A stretch of 64,000 nucleotides of DNA from Anthoceros angustus (Eukaryota > Plantae > Anthocerotophyta), in the NCBI GenBank assembly GCA_010909165.1, contig VJWM01000240.1, forward strand, positions 186,001 to 250,000, written 5' to 3'. The stretch's first letter is position 1; each line of letters starts with the position of its first letter. A program made the position numbers and the translations under genes. The notes beneath the pieces were generated by a model. It saw nothing but the letters and a program-made list of their open reading frames with translations. It was not told the DNA's origin and made no database searches. Below are positions 59,235-64,000 of the stretch, one piece after another.

Positions 59235-62200
59235 TTAACCTTCCACCCATTCACTCGTCGGCAATTCTCCGCCTAGTACCCGAGTTGCTGATCCATTCTC
59301 GTACACTGCCACCACCTCATAAGGTCCCATCCATCTAAGCCTAAGTTTCCCTGGGAAGTCCAGGTATCGACTATCGTAGAGAAGAACTAAATCTCCGGCT
59401 GCGATAGCCTCCTGCTTCCTTACTTTTCCATCATGTCGGTCTTTTCTGAGTTCTTGAATTCGCTGAGTCTCCTCTAAAGCATCTTCCCTACGTTCCTCCT
59501 GCTCTATGAAAGATTCTAACCTAGCTACCTGGCTATCCTCTACAGTCATGCGTTCATCCTCCATGATCCTGTAGGTAGGTACTTCAAATTCCACGGGCAT
59601 CACAGGTGACATTCCATACGTCAGATAATAAGGGGTCTTCTTGGTGGTTACCTTCTCCAAGGGTCTAAGCCCACAAAGGAATGCAACTTAGCATCCCGCC
59701 ATACATGTGTTACCATTTTGGTGAGGATTGTGCACACAACTGCTCGTCTTCTCCGCCAATCCGCTCGCCTTGGGGTTGTAGGGGTCGCTCGAATGTTGAA
59801 GTAGGTGGTTAGGACTCAACGACAGAGTTGAGGAATGTGTCCCCTCACCGACCAACTCTAAAGGACACCCCATCTGTTATGATGTTCTCGAATAAAAACT
59901 TTGCCATTGAAAGGCCGTCCTTCCTCGCCCGCTCCACCATCTTCGCATAATCCGTAGCCACCAAAATGTACCGCTTCGTCCATTGCGCTGGTGGTTTGAT
60001 TGGCCCCACTAAATCAATTCCCACTTCTCGAAGGTGCTAACGGTAGTATGTAGGTGAGAGGCCATTGTCGACAATGTAGGCCGCCCAACCCTCGACACGC
60101 ATCACACCTCCGAGTGAACCCCACACATCCTTCGCATCGTAGCCCACCGAAGCATTTAAGATCTTCTTAACGGTCACCGACAAATAGTGTCCACCGCCTT
60201 CGCATGTAGTGCCTCCGAAGTGCCGCCTCTTCAACCTCGAGACACCTCAATCTTCTCGTCCGCCTAGCTTGTATAGAACGCCTTTAGGCAATAGGGCGAG
60301 CTTTGTGGAGAAAACAGCCCTCCTCGACAAACCATCGGCATGATTCCATGCCTAGAAATTTATGATTTCACCGCTCAAGATATCTTGGGCATGAACGCCC
60401 CTCACGTTCTCTAATCTCCTCCTTCCGTATACTACGCCGCCTCCTCGCTAGCTCGTCCGCTAGTAGGTGTGGATCCTCTTCGCCATCGCCGCCCGCCCAT
60501 GCCGCACGCCTCGGCCCCGCTTACATGCTCCTCTCCTGGACCGATCTCTTCCATTCCTCGCCGGCCTTGCCCGTGACTAGGTCCAGGGCCCCATGGCGGT
60601 CTCCTGCCTTCTTGCACCTCCATGTCCTCCGAGGAGTGATTTCCATGATCCGCCATCTCCTCCTCCAAGTTTTTCTTCAAACTTGTCATGGGGTGCGCCC
60701 TTCCTTTTGCCAACTCAGGCTCCACTTGCAGCCTCCCGACTGCCACCCTGAGGAGCATTCCAGCCTCCTCCTCGCCCATGGCGCATCCTATCTCTGATTT
60801 CCATTGTCCTGCCGCAGTTTTTCCTCGCACAACGCCTTTCTTGCTCATTTGGCCTCCACCGGCAACAAGACTTGCTGATCAATTCTTATGCCGCCTACAA
60901 CATGCTCATCCCTCTCTTCGATCCAGTCGTGCGACCAACCCCTCGTGAAATCACGTCTGTGGCCTCAAGTCGCTTCCGCTGACGAGAAATAAAATCAGCA
61001 TTTTGATGCTGCTTCCCTCGCCTAGTTTCCACGTCATAATCAAATTCTTGCAGCAGCACCCATCTGGCAATCCTTCCTGACAAATCCGGCTTGTTCACAA
61101 GGTACTTCAACGCAAAATGGTCAACATGGAACGCCACTGCAAGCAAGCGCGTATAGTGTCTAAACTTCTTACATGAGTAAATGATACCAAGACCCTCCCG
61201 CCCGTGGTTGAGTAGTTCTTCAAGATCCGTGATCGCCTACCCAAGCATAGAAAATCGGATGATCCCGCTTTCTCGCCCTTCCGCTTAAGACGGTCCCAAT
61301 GGCATAAGCGACACATCCACGATACGTGAAACGGTTTCTCCCAATCCGCGGGTTGTAACGCTGGTGCGCCACCTGTCCTTCACCAAAAGCCTCCTGCGCA
61401 TCGTCCATTCGAAGGTGTATCCTTCTTGGTCAATTGTGTCAACAAGGCTGCCTTCTTAGCGAAATCCTTGATGAACCTCCTCAGAATATCCTACCAGCCC
61501 TACAAAAGCACGCACCGCCTCACCGCTTGTGGCGCCCATCATCTCATCTATAATCGCTACTTTCTCCTTATCTACCGCAACCTGCATCAGATGTGCTAAC
61601 AAAGCCCTCTCCTCATACCAAAATAACACTTCCGGATGAAGTTTCATGTTCGATTCTGCACTGAAACATTGTCTCAAATGGTCTAGATGCGCTTTTCTCC
61701 TCCAACACGCAAAATCATCTAGGAATACCTCCATGAACTTCCGTAGAAATCTCGAATATCGCGCTCACACGCTACTGAAAGTGGCAGGCATTGACAACCA
61801 AAGGGAGCTTGAATAAGCATAGGTTCCCAACCACAGAATGTTGTCTTGTCCTCGATCCTCCTTCCGCGTAAACTGATTGTACCGTAAATACCAAGAAACT
61901 AGACATCTCATGTCCACTACCGTGTCCAAAGACACCGTCCATGAAAGGCAAAGGGTGATGATCCTTCGTCGCTTCATTGAGCTTCCTCGAACTCGCATAC
62001 CCAACCTTTCCCGCTTCTTGGTACAATCACGATGGTGCGACCCACTGTGAGCACCGGTAAATTACCCGCCTCCAAATATTGGTCAAATGATCCTTACCAT
62101 GGAATACTTGGGGTTCAACTGCATCGCTTGATTCTCACCGAGTGCCTCCAAGTCGATTCGATGTATCCCGCCTCCAATCCTCATGTCAAGAATTTGAAGG

Positions 62201-64000
62201 CAAACACATCGACATACTCCTAAGTACGCTACGAAACTCCTCTTTCTCTCTTAGATACCTAGAAATTGACTACCTTGCCGTTCTAACTCTAAGTCTTCAC
62301 GACGGGTCTATGTCCTTCCCGATCACACTAATGGTTCCTGATCCCTCCTCGTGAAAATCACGATCATAGGCTTTACCCTTCCAAAAGGCTACTCCCTCTC
62401 TATGTGCCTCATCTTCTGACTCTTCTACGACATCTACGCAAGCATGACTCCAAATCAACTTTATTTCGCACGGCTCAAGGTCCCGACAGCACCCGCCCGA
62501 GGAGCTTACTCGTGCTACCCGAGGTGTACCGTGACTGGAGTGACTCATAGGGAGCCTTGCTCCATGACACAAAAGCGATCACCGCAGTCCTACCCTATTG
62601 GACTTGAAGGTGATGCCACGACCAAAATCAAAGACACATGCAAGACTACAACCAAGGCCCGCTTATCAAAACCTTATAGCCTAAATCAAACCGGCCGCAT
62701 CACAATGGGTGGAAGGTGGAAGCAACACCAAAGGCTTCCTTCTTGTTTTGGCCATCCGAAAAACACTGGGTGGAACTCGTGAACCCAAGGTTGATGAGTT
62801 GTCTCTTCCGTCATCAAGTTGACTCGATCCGAATCCAATGGCACATTGGGCACCAAGCATCCTGCAATTTCAACCTCAATCTCGGTGCCCTAAATCAACA
62901 AGTTCGACCACATTTACCTCCATTGCTTTCTCACCCCACTACTTGGATTCCTCCGATCGCCCTTCACAATTTGATCTTTGACCACCGCAAGCAACTCCTG
63001 CCGACCACAAATTCGCGGTCAAGCGCCGTACAAAGCTGGAGATCTTATCCGAAGGTTTCTCCCGTTTGCAGCTCGACTGGTCGGCTACCTTATTGGTAAA
63101 GTTCGATTCCATGATCCTCTGGTGGGACCCTATACCCGTGATCAACACGGCCCGCCACCTCCTTCTCACGGCCGGGTGAGCTTGTTCACTCGTCCTCCAA
63201 AGATCGCCGCCGCCGCCGGAGCCGGAGGAACGCAGCGGTTCGTTCCTCTCCCTTTTAGCCCTTCTTCGTTCGCTCAGGTAGATCACGCCTGCCTACCGTA
63301 GGGGTGCCGACTCGGGTAGTCCGCTCGGCCGCTTGGTGGGCCTGCCTTTCTCCTTCCCATCAACGCTGCCTCCGAGGAGGCCAAGGTGAGTCGTCCTCAC
63401 CTTCCTCCTCTTCCTTTCCTCCCGCCACGCCATTTTCCGCCCACCTTTCTCTGCCGCTCCGATCTGGTGGTTACTTTGGCCACCATCAACCTTCATCCGC
63501 GCTCATCTCTCCTGCACCCTTCTTCCACAATCCTTGGATCTGCCGAGGAATCAATTCCGCCTCCACCTTCAAGACGGTGTCGTGGGTCACGTGATCGCGG
63601 GAGTTGGGTCGTGCTTCCTCCGCCAGGTTCCGAACTCGACCCCGGTCCGGTGTTACTCGCGCCACTCCCGAGCACTTGGGATCCCCCATCTTATGCCCCA
63701 ATTCCTTGCAGACTTGACAAAAGGGTACATAACCCACTTGTTTTCGTGGTTCTGGGCACTCGTTGGAGTAGTGGCCTGGCGCTCCGCAATTGTAACAGCA
63801 TCCTTGTGGAATTGCCATCGGCCTCTGTGATGAATCCGGTCTCCACGGTCCTGGTGATGTTGGTCGCGATCCATACCTCGAGGGAACGGGTGTAGCAGGC
63901 TGGTAAGTCGCCCTCATTGATTGAGGTGGCCGACTTCCAATGACCACTTGCACCTAGTAGGCTTCATCCACGTACCAATAGTCACCTGCCATGACGGTTT
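59235..64000 (-). mobile_element. Element C gag-pol (non-chromovirus Ty3/gypsy), continuing beyond the window
   Basis: gag knuckles CYNCGAPGHYSNECP and CQVCKELGH (63700-63800), protease relic about 62800, RT KLNEATKDHHPLPFMD and MEVFLDDF, RNase H DHFALKYLVNKPDLSGRIARWVLLQEFDY, INT TPYYLTYGMSPVMPVEFEVP...GKLRLRWMGPYEV. Confidence 0.92.

Noticed and set aside
1-64000. tRNA or rRNA genes
   Set aside because: No cloverleaf with A/B boxes or rRNA signature was seen by eye. A covariance-model scan would be needed to exclude them.

Overview
Eukaryotic land-plant nuclear DNA. It is most likely a hornwort (inference from a WW-type PG box and lengthened L motifs in the PPR protein, short GT-AG introns and tight gene spacing). 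Five intact host genes are supported: an intronless orphan coiled-coil protein (5662-7248 +), a 1476-aa PLS-class PPR protein ending in E1-E2 plus a WW-type PG box with no catalytic DYW core (8467-12897 +), a 9-exon WD40 protein (16684-14206 -), a 7-exon Mpv17/PMP22 protein (27490-29153 +) and a 3-exon rubredoxin-like protein (29974-30760 +). A kinase pseudogene relic lies at about 13.4-13.7 kb. The remainder is mostly transposon-derived. It includes a foldback/hairpin cluster (3.8-5.3 kb), a decayed Ty1/copia with a duplicated LTR (17.5-23.8 kb) and a nested Ty3/gypsy block from 31.2 kb to the end. In that block a tandem three-LTR element (element A, 38248-57479 +) has inserted, with a GGAGT target duplication, into the extra ORF of a minus-strand element (element C). 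The most unusual signals are a second PPT plus LTR-like promoter ahead of element C's extra ORF, a possible antisense ORF inside the 2.1-kb LTRs of A, a possible N4/N6 DNA-methyltransferase C-terminal fragment beside C, a 35-bp motif shared by two otherwise dissimilar LTRs, and four 1.2-1.7 kb microhomology-flanked tandem duplications. TE copies are full of 1-3 nt indels while the genes are clean, so assembly error may contribute. No rRNA, tRNA or CRISPR was seen.
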